The notes beneath the pieces are model-generated. The model saw only the letters and a program-made list of their open reading frames with translations. It was not told the origin of the DNA and made no database searches. Of a stretch of DNA of 64,000 nt, positions 48,191 through 56,643 are shown piece after piece. The position numbers were made by a program, and so were the translations under genes. Positions within the stretch are counted from its first letter, which is position 1. Each line of letters opens with the position of its first letter. This DNA is from Bacteroidota bacterium (GTDB taxonomy: Bacteria > Bacteroidota > Rhodothermia > JANXDC01): the NCBI GenBank assembly GCA_025998875.1, contig AP024675.1, positions 629,589-693,588 of the forward strand. Reading direction: 5' to 3'.

Positions 48191-49022
48191 AGCCCGATCC
48201 TCCGATTGTCACCTCTGCGGCATAGACGGAAATCTGCTCGTCGGCTCGCGTTCGAATGCGCAACGCTCCGTCCGGAGCCAGGCCGAGAAGCAATCCCTCC
48301 TGAGGGGCTTGCTCGGGCAGACGCTGAATCCAGGCCCACGTGCCCAGAAGGGCCATACGGGCCTCATAGGCCCGCCGCAGGGCCTCCGGCTGTCCCTGTG
48401 TGAGCGCCTCCCACCAGAACTCCAGACGCCCCAGCAAAGCGGCCAGCAGGAGCTCGCGCTCTATCCAACGCCCCGTCTCACAATACAGCGAGGTGGCGCG
48501 CCAGGCCAGCTCCTGGGGGAAAGCCTCTTCGTTCACGTTCACCCCGATACCCGCTATCAGACAGGCCCCGCTTGATTCAATCAACACCCCGGCCACCTTG
48601 CGCCCATTGAGCCAGACATCGTTGGGCCACTTGAGCCGAACCTCATGCCCCGGAACCTGCCCCTCAATGGCCTCAGCCACGGCCAACCCACAGGCCAGCG
48701 CATACCAACCCGGCGGAACCGGGGCCGGTCGCAGAAGCACGGAGGCGAGCACGTTGCGACCAGGAGAAGCCAACCAGGACCGCCCCAACCTTCCCCGACC
48801 CGCCCGCTGATAATCGGCCACAACCAACGCCCCCTCCGGAGCCCCTTCTTCGGCCCAGAGACGCAGAGCCGTATTGGTCGAGTCCAGCTCAGGTACATAG
48901 CGCCAGGCCCGACCCAGGTATCGCGTCTGCAGCGCCTGCTGGAAGCGCTCCGGTTGCCAGTACACACCACAGGTGGCCATTTTAGGTCGCGGGAAAATAA
49001 CTTCATAAAAACCGAAAGTCAA
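48165..49022 (-). CDS. birA: biotin--[acetyl-CoA-carboxylase] ligase, class I
   Basis: GRGRLGRSW motif; no N-terminal HTH. Confidence 0.85.
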   Translation of the reverse strand: MTFGFYEVIFPRPKMATCGVYWQPERFQQALQTRYLGRAWRYVPELDSTNTALRLWAEEGAPEGALVVADYQRAGRGRLGRSWLASPGRNVLASVLLRPAPVPPGWYALACGLAVAEAIEGQVPGHEVRLKWPNDVWLNGRKVAGVLIESSGACLIAGIGVNVNEEAFPQELAWRATSLYCETGRWIERELLLAALLGRLEFWWEALTQGQPEALRRAYEARMALLGTWAWIQRLPEQAPQEGLLLGLAPDGALRIRTRADEQISVYAAEVTIGGSGYVAHCGYR

Positions 49023-49050
49023 TCCATTTCACCATATAGCCATATTTAAA
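49023..49050. promoter_or_regulatory. AT-rich divergent promoter region (birA / TPR gene)
   Basis: A 28-nt spacer plus flanks (about 49000-49075) that are strongly AT-rich relative to the 65% GC background. No specific boxes assigned. Confidence 0.25.
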
Positions 49051-49704
49051 ATGAAAAATTGGATCTTCTGGGTAGGCTTTCTGCTAGCTATATGGGGCCA
49101 GGCCTCCCCTCCCCTCCTGGCGCAGGGGGCCGATGAAGAGCTTTCCCGGGTCCGAACGGCTATCGAAGCGGGCCGCTGGATCGAAGCGCGGGCCCGTCTG
49201 GAGCGCCTGATCCGAGAAAGACCGGAATGGCCAGAGGCGCGCCTGATGAGAATGGAGGTCTACCTGCGGCTCGGGATGCTGGAAGAAGCCGAACAGGAAG
49301 GAAATGCCCTGCGCAGCTGGGGCGAGAATCGTCCCGATTTCTGGACCCTGCTTGGCGATGTGTATGCAGCCCACGGCCGATGGGATGCGGCCTACGAGGC
49401 CTATCAGCAGGGCAGAGAGCGGGACCCGCAGAACCGGACGCTGTTGCTGCGCCTGGGCCACGCTGCGCTCTGGATCGAAGCCTTTGAGCCCGCACGACAG
49501 GCCTTCGAAGCCGTTCTCCGGACCCGGCCCACCGATCCGGAAGCCCATTATGGGCTGGCCCGTCTGGAGGCGCTGCGCGGACGGCCGGAAGCGGCTCTGG
49601 CGCATCTGCGGATCTGTTTCGAGCAGGGCTGGATCCAACCCGACGCAATCCGCAATGACCCCGTCTTCGCCGCCGTGGTCCGGCTTCCCGGTTTCCCTCG
49701 TTAG
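49051..49704 (+). CDS. secreted TPR-repeat protein
   Basis: Signal peptide MKNWIFWVGFLLAIWGQA, then 4-5 TPR units. Confidence 0.6.
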   Translation: MKNWIFWVGFLLAIWGQASPPLLAQGADEELSRVRTAIEAGRWIEARARLERLIRERPEWPEARLMRMEVYLRLGMLEEAEQEGNALRSWGENRPDFWTLLGDVYAAHGRWDAAYEAYQQGRERDPQNRTLLLRLGHAALWIEAFEPARQAFEAVLRTRPTDPEAHYGLARLEALRGRPEAALAHLRICFEQGWIQPDAIRNDPVFAAVVRLPGFPR

Positions 49705-50879
49705 ACGGGATGGTGGCTTCGATTCAGCCAATTCATGCGCTCCAGCACCCGCTCCAGGCGTCTGAGCACCTCGGTGATTTCTTCAGGGCGCGTTTCCCTG
49801 CCCAGGGAAAGGCGCAAGGAGGCGCGCGCGGTGGGTTCATCGAGCCCGATGGCGCGCAGCACATGCGAGGGTTCGAAAGCTCCACTGGAGCAGGCCGCTC
49901 CGTTGGACAAACAAACCCCCTCCAGATCCAAGTTAACGAGCAACATCTCCCCGTCGAGCGCCCGGCCGTTTTGCGGAGGGAAGGAGACATTGACGATATG
50001 GGGCAGGCGATCGGTCTCCGGGCTGTTGATGCGCACCCGTTCTGCAAAACGCTCCTGCAGGCCCTGCACCAGCAGGGCGCGCAGCGCCTCGGCCCGCTCC
50101 CAGTTCTCTGGGGCCTCTTCCCAGGCCAACTCCAGCGCACGGGCCATGCCGATGATCCCGGGCACGTTCTCCGTACCTCCCCGCCGATTGCGCTCCTGAG
50201 CCCCTCCTCGCAACAGGGGCTCAAACGGAGTTCCGGATCGCACGTAAAGAAATCCCACTCCCTTGGGGCCGTAGAACTTGTGCGCCGAGGCCGATAACAG
50301 ATCGACCCCCAGCTCATCTACCCGGAAACGGAGCTTGCCCACGCTCTGCACCCCATCGGTGTGCAGCCACACTCCGCACTGCCGACAGATACGGGCGATT
50401 TCCTCGATCGGGTTTATCGTTCCCAGCTCGTTGTTGGCGTGCAGCACGGAAACCAGGGCCGTGTCCGGCTCGATAGCCCGGGCGATCGCCTCCGGGTCCA
50501 CCCGTCCCCAGGCATCCACCGGCACCAGCGTGGCCCGCACGCCGAGGTAAGCCAGCCCCTCCAGTACCTCCAGCACGGCGTGGTGCTCGGTCGTCGTGCA
50601 GACCACATGTCGGCGTCCGGTGGCCAGAACCACGCCCCACAGGGCCAGGTTATTGGCTTCCGTGCCCCCACTGGTAAAGAGGATCTCCCCTGGATCGGCG
50701 CCCAGCAAAGAGGCGATGCGGTCTCGGGCTTCTTCCAGCGCCGCCCGTACGCGCCTGCCCGCCTGATGAATGGAAGAGGGGTTACCGAACTCCTCTGACC
50801 AGTACGGCCTCATGGCCTCCAGCACACGGGGATCCAGAGGCGTCGTGGCCGCGTAGTCCAGATAGATCACATGGCCCAT
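49701..50879 (-). CDS. cysteine desulfurase (NifS/IscS-like, class V aminotransferase)
   Basis: PLP-Lys motif SAHKFYGPKG; catalytic Cys region SNGAACSSG. Confidence 0.85.
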   Translation of the reverse strand: MGHVIYLDYAATTPLDPRVLEAMRPYWSEEFGNPSSIHQAGRRVRAALEEARDRIASLLGADPGEILFTSGGTEANNLALWGVVLATGRRHVVCTTTEHHAVLEVLEGLAYLGVRATLVPVDAWGRVDPEAIARAIEPDTALVSVLHANNELGTINPIEEIARICRQCGVWLHTDGVQSVGKLRFRVDELGVDLLSASAHKFYGPKGVGFLYVRSGTPFEPLLRGGAQERNRRGGTENVPGIIGMARALELAWEEAPENWERAEALRALLVQGLQERFAERVRINSPETDRLPHIVNVSFPPQNGRALDGEMLLVNLDLEGVCLSNGAACSSGAFEPSHVLRAIGLDEPTARASLRLSLGRETRPEEITEVLRRLERVLERMNWLNRSHHPV

Positions 50880-50954
50880 ATGTCGTACCTTTGTCCTGCT
50901 TACGGGGAAACCGTTCCCTCCATAGTCCGGTTCCAGAAACGCGGAGACCTTTTG

Positions 50955-52268
50955 ATGGACAAGCTCGTACTCCTTGGAGGTCGATCCCTGGAGGGGGAAG
51001 TTGCAATCAGCGGTTCCAAAAACACCGCCTTACCCCTCATGTCGGCCGCCATGCTCGTCGATGGGGTCAGCACGCTGTACAACGTGCCCCGCCTGCGGGA
51101 CATCTACACCTACAGCAACGTGCTGCGTGTAACGGGCGCCCATGTGCACTATGACCCCGAGACGCGCACCATGCACATCGACGCCTCGCGCGTGGGGCAT
51201 TTTGAAGCACCCTATGAGCTGGTCAAAAAGATGCGCGCCTCTTTTTACATCCTGGGGGCGCTTCTGGGGCGTTTTGGGCGCGCGCGGGTCTCCCTGCCGG
51301 GGGGATGTGCCTGGGGGCCAAGGCCGGTCAACCTGCACCTGGAGGGTTTTCGCGCGCTGGGAGCGGAGATCTCCCTCGATCGAGGCTACGTGGTAGCCCG
51401 GGCGCCGGCCTCGGGCCTGCGCGGGGCGCGCATCCGGTTCGAGCCCCCCAGCGTGGGGGCCACGGTGAACGTGCTCCTGGCCGCCGTGCTGGCGCGCGGA
51501 ACAACGCGCCTCGAAAACGCCGCCATGGAACCCGATGTGGTCTGCTTCGGCGAGGCGCTCAATCGAATGGGCGCCCGCATCTCGGGGCTGGGCACACCGG
51601 TCCTGGAGATCGAGGGCGTGCCAGAACTGCAGCCCCTCCTTGCTCATACCCCTCCGGACCGCATCGAGCTGGGCACCTACATGATCGCCGCCGCCATGAC
51701 CCGGGGCCGCGTCCGGCTGCTCCAGGCCGAACCCGCCCATCTGGGCGATTTTCTGGAGATATTCCGCCAGACCGGTGCCCGCGTGGAGGTCGGACCGGAC
51801 TGGATATACGTGGAAGGTCCGGAGGTGATCCAGCCCGTGAGCATTCAGACGGCGGTGTATCCCGGCTTCCCCACCGACTTGCAGGCCCAGTGGACGGCCA
51901 TGATGACCCAGGCCGATGGGGATTCGACCGTCACGGATACGATCTATTTTGACCGCTTCAAACATGTGCCAGAACTCCTCCGGATGGGCGCACAGATCGA
52001 AGTCGTGGGCAACCGCGCCCACATCCGGGGCAGGACCCGGCTGATCGGCGCGCAGGTTATGTCCACAGACTTGCGCGGAAGCGTCTCCCTCGTACTGGCC
52101 GGCCTGGTCGCCGAGGGACGAACAGACGTACTACGCGTCTATCACCTGGACAGAGGCTACGAGGCGCTCGAGGTCAAGCTCTCCGCCTTGGGCGCGGATA
52201 TCCGTCGGGAACAGTACGAGGAGTTCGGCACCGTGGTCCTTCCCCTGGAAGAGGAAGAACAGATGTAA
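50955..52268 (+). CDS. murA: UDP-N-acetylglucosamine 1-carboxyvinyltransferase
   Basis: MDKLVLLGG...ISGSKNTALP... EPSP-synthase fold. ATG verified at 50955. Confidence 0.9.
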   Translation: MDKLVLLGGRSLEGEVAISGSKNTALPLMSAAMLVDGVSTLYNVPRLRDIYTYSNVLRVTGAHVHYDPETRTMHIDASRVGHFEAPYELVKKMRASFYILGALLGRFGRARVSLPGGCAWGPRPVNLHLEGFRALGAEISLDRGYVVARAPASGLRGARIRFEPPSVGATVNVLLAAVLARGTTRLENAAMEPDVVCFGEALNRMGARISGLGTPVLEIEGVPELQPLLAHTPPDRIELGTYMIAAAMTRGRVRLLQAEPAHLGDFLEIFRQTGARVEVGPDWIYVEGPEVIQPVSIQTAVYPGFPTDLQAQWTAMMTQADGDSTVTDTIYFDRFKHVPELLRMGAQIEVVGNRAHIRGRTRLIGAQVMSTDLRGSVSLVLAGLVAEGRTDVLRVYHLDRGYEALEVKLSALGADIRREQYEEFGTVVLPLEEEEQM

Positions 52269-52314
52269 CCGTTGCGCCGTCGTGCTGGATTTTATATTTT
52301 TGGCGGTGCGAGAT

Positions 52315-52387
52315 GGCGCATTCGTCTAGGGGTCTAGGACGCCGCCCTCTCACGGCGGAAACACGGGTTCGAATCCCGTATGCGCTA
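52315..52387 (+). tRNA. tRNA-Glu (anticodon CTC)
   Basis: Hand-folded GGCGCAT-TC-GTCT...CCGCC-CTCTCAC-GGCGG...ACGGG-TTCGAAT-CCCGT-ATGCGCT-A. It is closely parallel to E. coli tRNA-Glu except for a CUC anticodon. Confidence 0.85.
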
Positions 52388-52388
52388 C

Positions 52389-52425
52389 AAAAAAGCGGAT
52401 GAGCGCCGCGCTCATCCGCTTTTTT
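52389..52425. terminator. bidirectional intrinsic terminator (tRNA-Glu/murA on plus; PfPDO-like operon on minus)
   Basis: A6 run, then a 12-bp perfect stem AGCGGATGAGCG-CCG-CGCTCATCCGCT, then a T5 run. Confidence 0.8.
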
Positions 52426-52434
52426 ACTTTGCAT

Positions 52435-53076
52435 TCAGGCTACCGCTCGCTCGATCGCTTCCAGCAGATAAGACTCCGGAACGGCGCCTTCGATGTGCTC
52501 GCGGTCGTTAATTACCGTCTTGGGCACGCCATAGACCTGATATCGGCTGGCCAGATGGGGAAACTCGATGGCCTCTACCATAGAGGCCTGGATGTTCGGA
52601 TTCAGATAGGCGAAGCGGAAAGCGCTCACCACCGCCCGCGGACAATACGGACACGTAGGGGTGACAAATACCTGTAGGTTCACCGGTTTCTGGATCCCGC
52701 GCACCCGTTCGACGATATCCTCGGGCAGATGCGTGTTTCCCGTGGATACAAGCCGGATAGCTTCCAGCAGGCTGGCAAACTCGTATCCCGAGGGAATCCC
52801 GTAGAACCGAATCCCGTAATCGCTTTCCCCCATCACCACGGTGGCCGGTATCTTGTCGATCCCGTAGGAGTTGGCCCGCTGGCGATCGAGCATGAAGTTG
52901 TAGACCTCCAGGGAGATCTGATCAGAAAGTGCGGCGACCTCTTCGAGTAGCTGGCGGGTCTCCCGGCAGTATTCGCACTCCAGCTCCTGGGTGAAGTAGA
53001 CCAGTCGCACCGGGTTTACCAGTCCGGACAGCTCTTGACGTACCAGTTCGCGCTCCCTTTCGCGTAGCAGGGTCAT
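52435..53076 (-). CDS. protein disulfide oxidoreductase, glutaredoxin-like with two thioredoxin folds (PfPDO-like)
   Basis: Two CxxC motifs (CEYC and CPYC) spaced as in Pyrococcus PDO; 213 aa. ATG verified at 53076. Confidence 0.7.
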   Translation of the reverse strand: MTLLRERERELVRQELSGLVNPVRLVYFTQELECEYCRETRQLLEEVAALSDQISLEVYNFMLDRQRANSYGIDKIPATVVMGESDYGIRFYGIPSGYEFASLLEAIRLVSTGNTHLPEDIVERVRGIQKPVNLQVFVTPTCPYCPRAVVSAFRFAYLNPNIQASMVEAIEFPHLASRYQVYGVPKTVINDREHIEGAVPESYLLEAIERAVA

Positions 53077-53093
53077 CGGGGTATCTCCTCTTG

Positions 53094-53444
53094 TTAGTAG
53101 CGTCCATTCTCTACAGGCAATCCGGCCCGACGCCAGGCCAGAATCCCTCCACGGATGTTGTAGACGTTCCGGTAGCCCAGTTGCTGGGCCACCGCCTCGG
53201 CGACCATGGCGGATCGGTTTCCGGAACGACACAGAAACAGGAGCTCCGCCTCCTTATCCGGAGGCAGCCGGGATATATCGAATGCGCTCAGAGGCAGGTG
53301 TAGCGCTCCGGGCACGGCGCCCTGCTCGTGCAACTCCTCCTTTTCCCGCACATCCACCAGCCAGGCGCCTCGCTGAAAACGCGCATAAGCCTCCTGCGGA
53401 GAGAGCTCTTCATACCCCTTTGGGGTCCAGAACCACCCACTCAT
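53094..53444 (-). CDS. single-domain rhodanese-like sulfurtransferase
   Basis: 116 aa; active-site loop CRSGNRS. Confidence 0.8.
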   Translation of the reverse strand: MSGWFWTPKGYEELSPQEAYARFQRGAWLVDVREKEELHEQGAVPGALHLPLSAFDISRLPPDKEAELLFLCRSGNRSAMVAEAVAQQLGYRNVYNIRGGILAWRRAGLPVENGRY

Positions 53445-53995
53445 CTGTATCCTCCTGTGTTGGGTTTACTCTTCCCCTGTTGCCGGGCCAGCAGGCGGGC
53501 CACGGCGCGCTCCAGATAGGGCAGCGCCGACACATCGCGCATCCCGGCCCTGCGGGCCTCGGCCAGCGCCTGCTCGGCAGACAGCCCCTTAAAACGCAGA
53601 TAGCCGTAATAAAGCTGTGCGGACCGATTGCCGGATCGGCAGTGCATAAAGATGGGTCCTGGGCTCTCCTCCAGGGCGCGCACAAAACGCGCCAGCACCT
53701 CCGGGGTAATCGTCTCCGGCCCTCCTACGGGGATGTTCACGTAGCGCAGCCCGAGCCGACGGGCCACCTCGGCCTCATCAAAAGGACGCCGCTCCTCGGG
53801 AAGGCGATTGTCGATCACGGTCCGGTATCCCGCCCTGCTCAGGGCGCGCAACTGCGCCTCCGTGGGCTGCCCACCGCAGGCCAGCCCGGGGCGCAGCAGC
53901 ACCCCATTGGGGATATCCTGAGGCAAGCCAGAATCCTGGACCCCTGTTCCAGCACCGAACACGAACATCAGAATACCGATGAACCACGCGCGCAT
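53441..53995 (-). CDS. DUF442/phosphatase-like (CX5R) sulfur-metabolism accessory protein, putatively exported
   Basis: Signal-peptide-like N-terminus MRAWFIGILMFVFGAGTG, then HCRSGNRS in a PTP-like fold. This domain is commonly fused or adjacent to persulfide dioxygenases (Blh). Confidence 0.55.
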   Translation of the reverse strand: MRAWFIGILMFVFGAGTGVQDSGLPQDIPNGVLLRPGLACGGQPTEAQLRALSRAGYRTVIDNRLPEERRPFDEAEVARRLGLRYVNIPVGGPETITPEVLARFVRALEESPGPIFMHCRSGNRSAQLYYGYLRFKGLSAEQALAEARRAGMRDVSALPYLERAVARLLARQQGKSKPNTGGYR

Positions 53996-54118
53996 AGGGT
54001 TTACCCCGTGTACTTGTGCCCTTTCGATGCAACCGGGTAGCGAAGATGTCATCGGGTTGTGTACTCCGGGGGGAATACGTATTTTCTCCGCGTTTGCCTA
54101 CCTCCTGGGTGGAAGGCT

Positions 54119-54415
54119 ATGAAGCAAAAAGCAGAACAGCTGACCCTTTCGCACATCGAGGATCGAAAGGAAATTCTGCGTCGCCTGGCCCGGATCGAGG
54201 GCCAGATCCGCGCTCTACAGCGTCTGATCCAGGAAGAGGCCGACTGCGCCACAATCATACAGCAGATGATGGCCGCCCGCCAGGCGGTGCATAAAACCTT
54301 TGCCGAGCTGATGGCCCGCCTGCTCACGCGGGAGTGCCTGCTAACGGAACACCTCTCCGAAGAAGAACGCCAGAACCTGGGCCATCTGGCCGATCTGATT
54401 CGCCGTTATCTGTAA
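54119..54415 (+). CDS. CsoR/CstR-family (DUF156) transcriptional repressor with two Cys
   Basis: 98 aa; ...RLARIEGQIRALQRLIQEEADCATIIQQMMAARQAVHKTFAELMARLLTRECLL... (Cys in EADC and RECL). ATG verified at 54119. Confidence 0.7.
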   Translation: MKQKAEQLTLSHIEDRKEILRRLARIEGQIRALQRLIQEEADCATIIQQMMAARQAVHKTFAELMARLLTRECLLTEHLSEEERQNLGHLADLIRRYL

Positions 54416-54463
54416 ACGCCGGACAGGTGTCCGACCCGAAAATACCCGCAGCGGCTCGGATGT

Positions 54464-54492
54464 CTTGACTTTTTAGTCGGACCTCTATACTA
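54464..54492 (+). promoter_or_regulatory. sigma70-like promoter plus GGGGGTAT-containing pseudo-palindrome upstream of the rhodanese-MBL gene (coordinates +/-1)
   Basis: TTGACT, 15-17 nt, TATACT/TACTAT. The ATACTATAGGGGGTAT overlap resembles CsoR-type operators. An upstream inverted repeat CGGACAGGTGTCCG lies at about 54420-54434. Confidence 0.4.
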
Positions 54493-54524
54493 TAGGGGGT
54501 ATCCGGTCAGGAGGTCTTCCACCT

Positions 54525-55709
54525 ATGGAATGGAAAACTCAGTTCACCCCCGAGGAAGTGGCCGAGCTGCTGGAACGAGGCGTTGGCTTCGGCGTGCTGG
54601 ACGTACGCAATGAAGAGGAATTCCGGCGCTGGCGCCTGGAGGGGCCAAACACCCCCCAAACCCTGCATATCCCCTACTTTGAGGCGCTGGAGGATGAGGA
54701 GGCCTTCGTCTCTCGCGTAGAGGCCGAGCTGGGTCGGGGGCCCATCCTAGCCATCTGCGCCAAGGGAGGATCATCGGACTGGATCGCCCAGGAGATCCTG
54801 CGGCCCCGGGGCTTTCAGGTCGCGAACATGATCGGGGGCATGGAGGCCTGGGGATCTAGCTATCGCATTCGCCTGCTTCCGGAATCCAAACAGGATACGG
54901 TGCGCATCTGGCAGCTGGATCGCTTCGGCCGGGGGTGCCTGCATTACGTAGTTGCCTCGGAAGGCGAAGCGATCCTTATCGATCCCCCTCGGCATATCGA
55001 GCGCGTACTGGAGCTCCTGTCGCGGGAAGGGCTACAGATCCGGGCCATTCTGGACACGCACGCCCATGCCGATCACATCTCCGGAGGCCCCGCGCTGGCG
55101 GAACGGACCGGCGCTCCTTACTATCTGCATCCCTACGACGGCATCCACCCTATCGACGTGCTTCCGGCTCAGATCCCGTTTGCCTTTCTGCAAGAGGGCA
55201 TGCGCTTTTCGGTGGGCTCGGCCGCCCTAGACGTTCTGCATATACCCGGCCACACGCTAGGCAATACGGCTTTTCTTCTGCAGGGGCAGAAGCGCTACCT
55301 CTTTACGGGGGATAGCCTCTTCATCCAGAGCGTTGCGCGGCCTGATCTGGGCGGTCGGGGGGAGGCGTGGGCGCCTCTGCATTTCCGATCCCTGCGTCGG
55401 CTGCTTCATCTTCCGGCGGATACGATCGTCCTGCCGGGCCATTACGCCTCGGCCGCGCGGGAGCAGCGCGCCGATGGCCTCTTTGCCGCCCCGCTGGGCG
55501 AGTTGCTCAGGAGCAACCCCGATCTGGCTCTGCAAGAGGAGGAAGCCTTTGTTTCCTATATCCTGGCCCACCTTCCGGAGTTTCCCCCGCAGTACGTGGA
55601 TATCAAACGGGTAAACGCCGGGCTCCTGCGACTGGATGAGGAGGGCCTCAACGAACTGGAGCTGGGCAAAAACGTCTGCGCGCTCTCGGGTGCTTATACA
55701 ACATCATAA
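54525..55709 (+). CDS. rhodanese-MBL fusion, persulfide dioxygenase-like (CstB/Blh-like)
   Basis: N-terminal rhodanese with CAKGGSS loop; C-terminal metallo-beta-lactamase fold with HAHADHISGG (HxHxDH). Confidence 0.75.
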   Translation: MEWKTQFTPEEVAELLERGVGFGVLDVRNEEEFRRWRLEGPNTPQTLHIPYFEALEDEEAFVSRVEAELGRGPILAICAKGGSSDWIAQEILRPRGFQVANMIGGMEAWGSSYRIRLLPESKQDTVRIWQLDRFGRGCLHYVVASEGEAILIDPPRHIERVLELLSREGLQIRAILDTHAHADHISGGPALAERTGAPYYLHPYDGIHPIDVLPAQIPFAFLQEGMRFSVGSAALDVLHIPGHTLGNTAFLLQGQKRYLFTGDSLFIQSVARPDLGGRGEAWAPLHFRSLRRLLHLPADTIVLPGHYASAAREQRADGLFAAPLGELLRSNPDLALQEEEAFVSYILAHLPEFPPQYVDIKRVNAGLLRLDEEGLNELELGKNVCALSGAYTTS

Positions 55710-55722
55710 AGGAGGCTCCGCC

Positions 55723-55983
55723 ATGGGGGAGATCGTCGTAGCCAGGGAACTCGACGTCCGCGGCCTACAGTGTCCCATGCCCCTGGTCAACGCACACCGG
55801 GCGATCAAGCAGATCGCCGTGGGCGAGGTGCTCAAAGTGCTGGCCACGGATCGGGGCTCGCTTTTGGACTTTAAGGGCTGGGCGGAAACAGACGACTCCG
55901 TCGAGTTGCTCCAGCAGGAAGAATATACCGACGAGCAAGGACGACGGGTGTACGTGCACTACCTGCGACGGGTAGAACCCTGA
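55723..55983 (+). CDS. tusA: TusA/SirA-like sulfur carrier
   Basis: 86 aa; LQCPMP (CPxP) motif. GGAGG Shine-Dalgarno; ATG verified at 55723. Confidence 0.8.
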   Translation: MGEIVVARELDVRGLQCPMPLVNAHRAIKQIAVGEVLKVLATDRGSLLDFKGWAETDDSVELLQQEEYTDEQGRRVYVHYLRRVEP

Positions 55984-56007
55984 ATAACCAGGGAGGAGGA
56001 GAGCATC

Positions 56008-56592
56008 ATGGCCGAAGCCATTGCCCAGGATCTGGAGACCCGCCTCCAGGAGCTCACCCAACGCCTGGAAGCGCTGGAGAGCCGCTATGAAAAAGACATG
56101 CGCCGCATCCAGCGGCACCTACCGGAGAACCGGGTGGCGATCATCTGCTTCAGCGGTAATCTGGACAAGGCCATGGCCGCGCTGATCATCGCCACCGGCG
56201 CGGCCTCAATGGGCATGCAGGTCTCGATTTTCTTCACCTTCTGGGGCTTGAGCGTGATCAAAAATGGCGCCCAGCTGCGGGGCAAATCCTTCATGGAAAA
56301 GCTCTTCAGCATCATGCTCCCGGAGAACATGCGCGAGCTCGGCCCCTCTCAGATGAACTTCGGCGGCATTGGCGCGCGTATGATGCGGGCCATTATGCGC
56401 AAAAAGCAGGTTCAGTCCCTCGAGGAGCTCTTCCAGCTGGCCCGTGAGCTGGGAGTTCGCCTGGTGGCCTGCACGATGAGCATGGATGTGATGGGCATCC
56501 GGGCCGAGGAACTGCTTCCCGGCATGGAGCTGGGTGGGGTGGCCACCTACCTGGCCGATGCCTCCAAATCCAAAGTCACGCTGTTTATCTAA
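56008..56592 (+). CDS. DsrE/DsrF-family (DsrE3/COG2210-like) sulfur carrier with N-terminal coiled-coil extension
   Basis: ...RVAIICFSGNLDKAMAALIIATGAASMGMQVSIFFTFWGL...LVACTMSMDVMG (conserved Cys). Confidence 0.65.
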   Translation: MAEAIAQDLETRLQELTQRLEALESRYEKDMRRIQRHLPENRVAIICFSGNLDKAMAALIIATGAASMGMQVSIFFTFWGLSVIKNGAQLRGKSFMEKLFSIMLPENMRELGPSQMNFGGIGARMMRAIMRKKQVQSLEELFQLARELGVRLVACTMSMDVMGIRAEELLPGMELGGVATYLADASKSKVTLFI

Positions 56593-56643
56593 CAGCGCGA
56601 CCCATTCGGACCGCTCACAGAGCCTCAGGAGAGGAGGGCGGGG

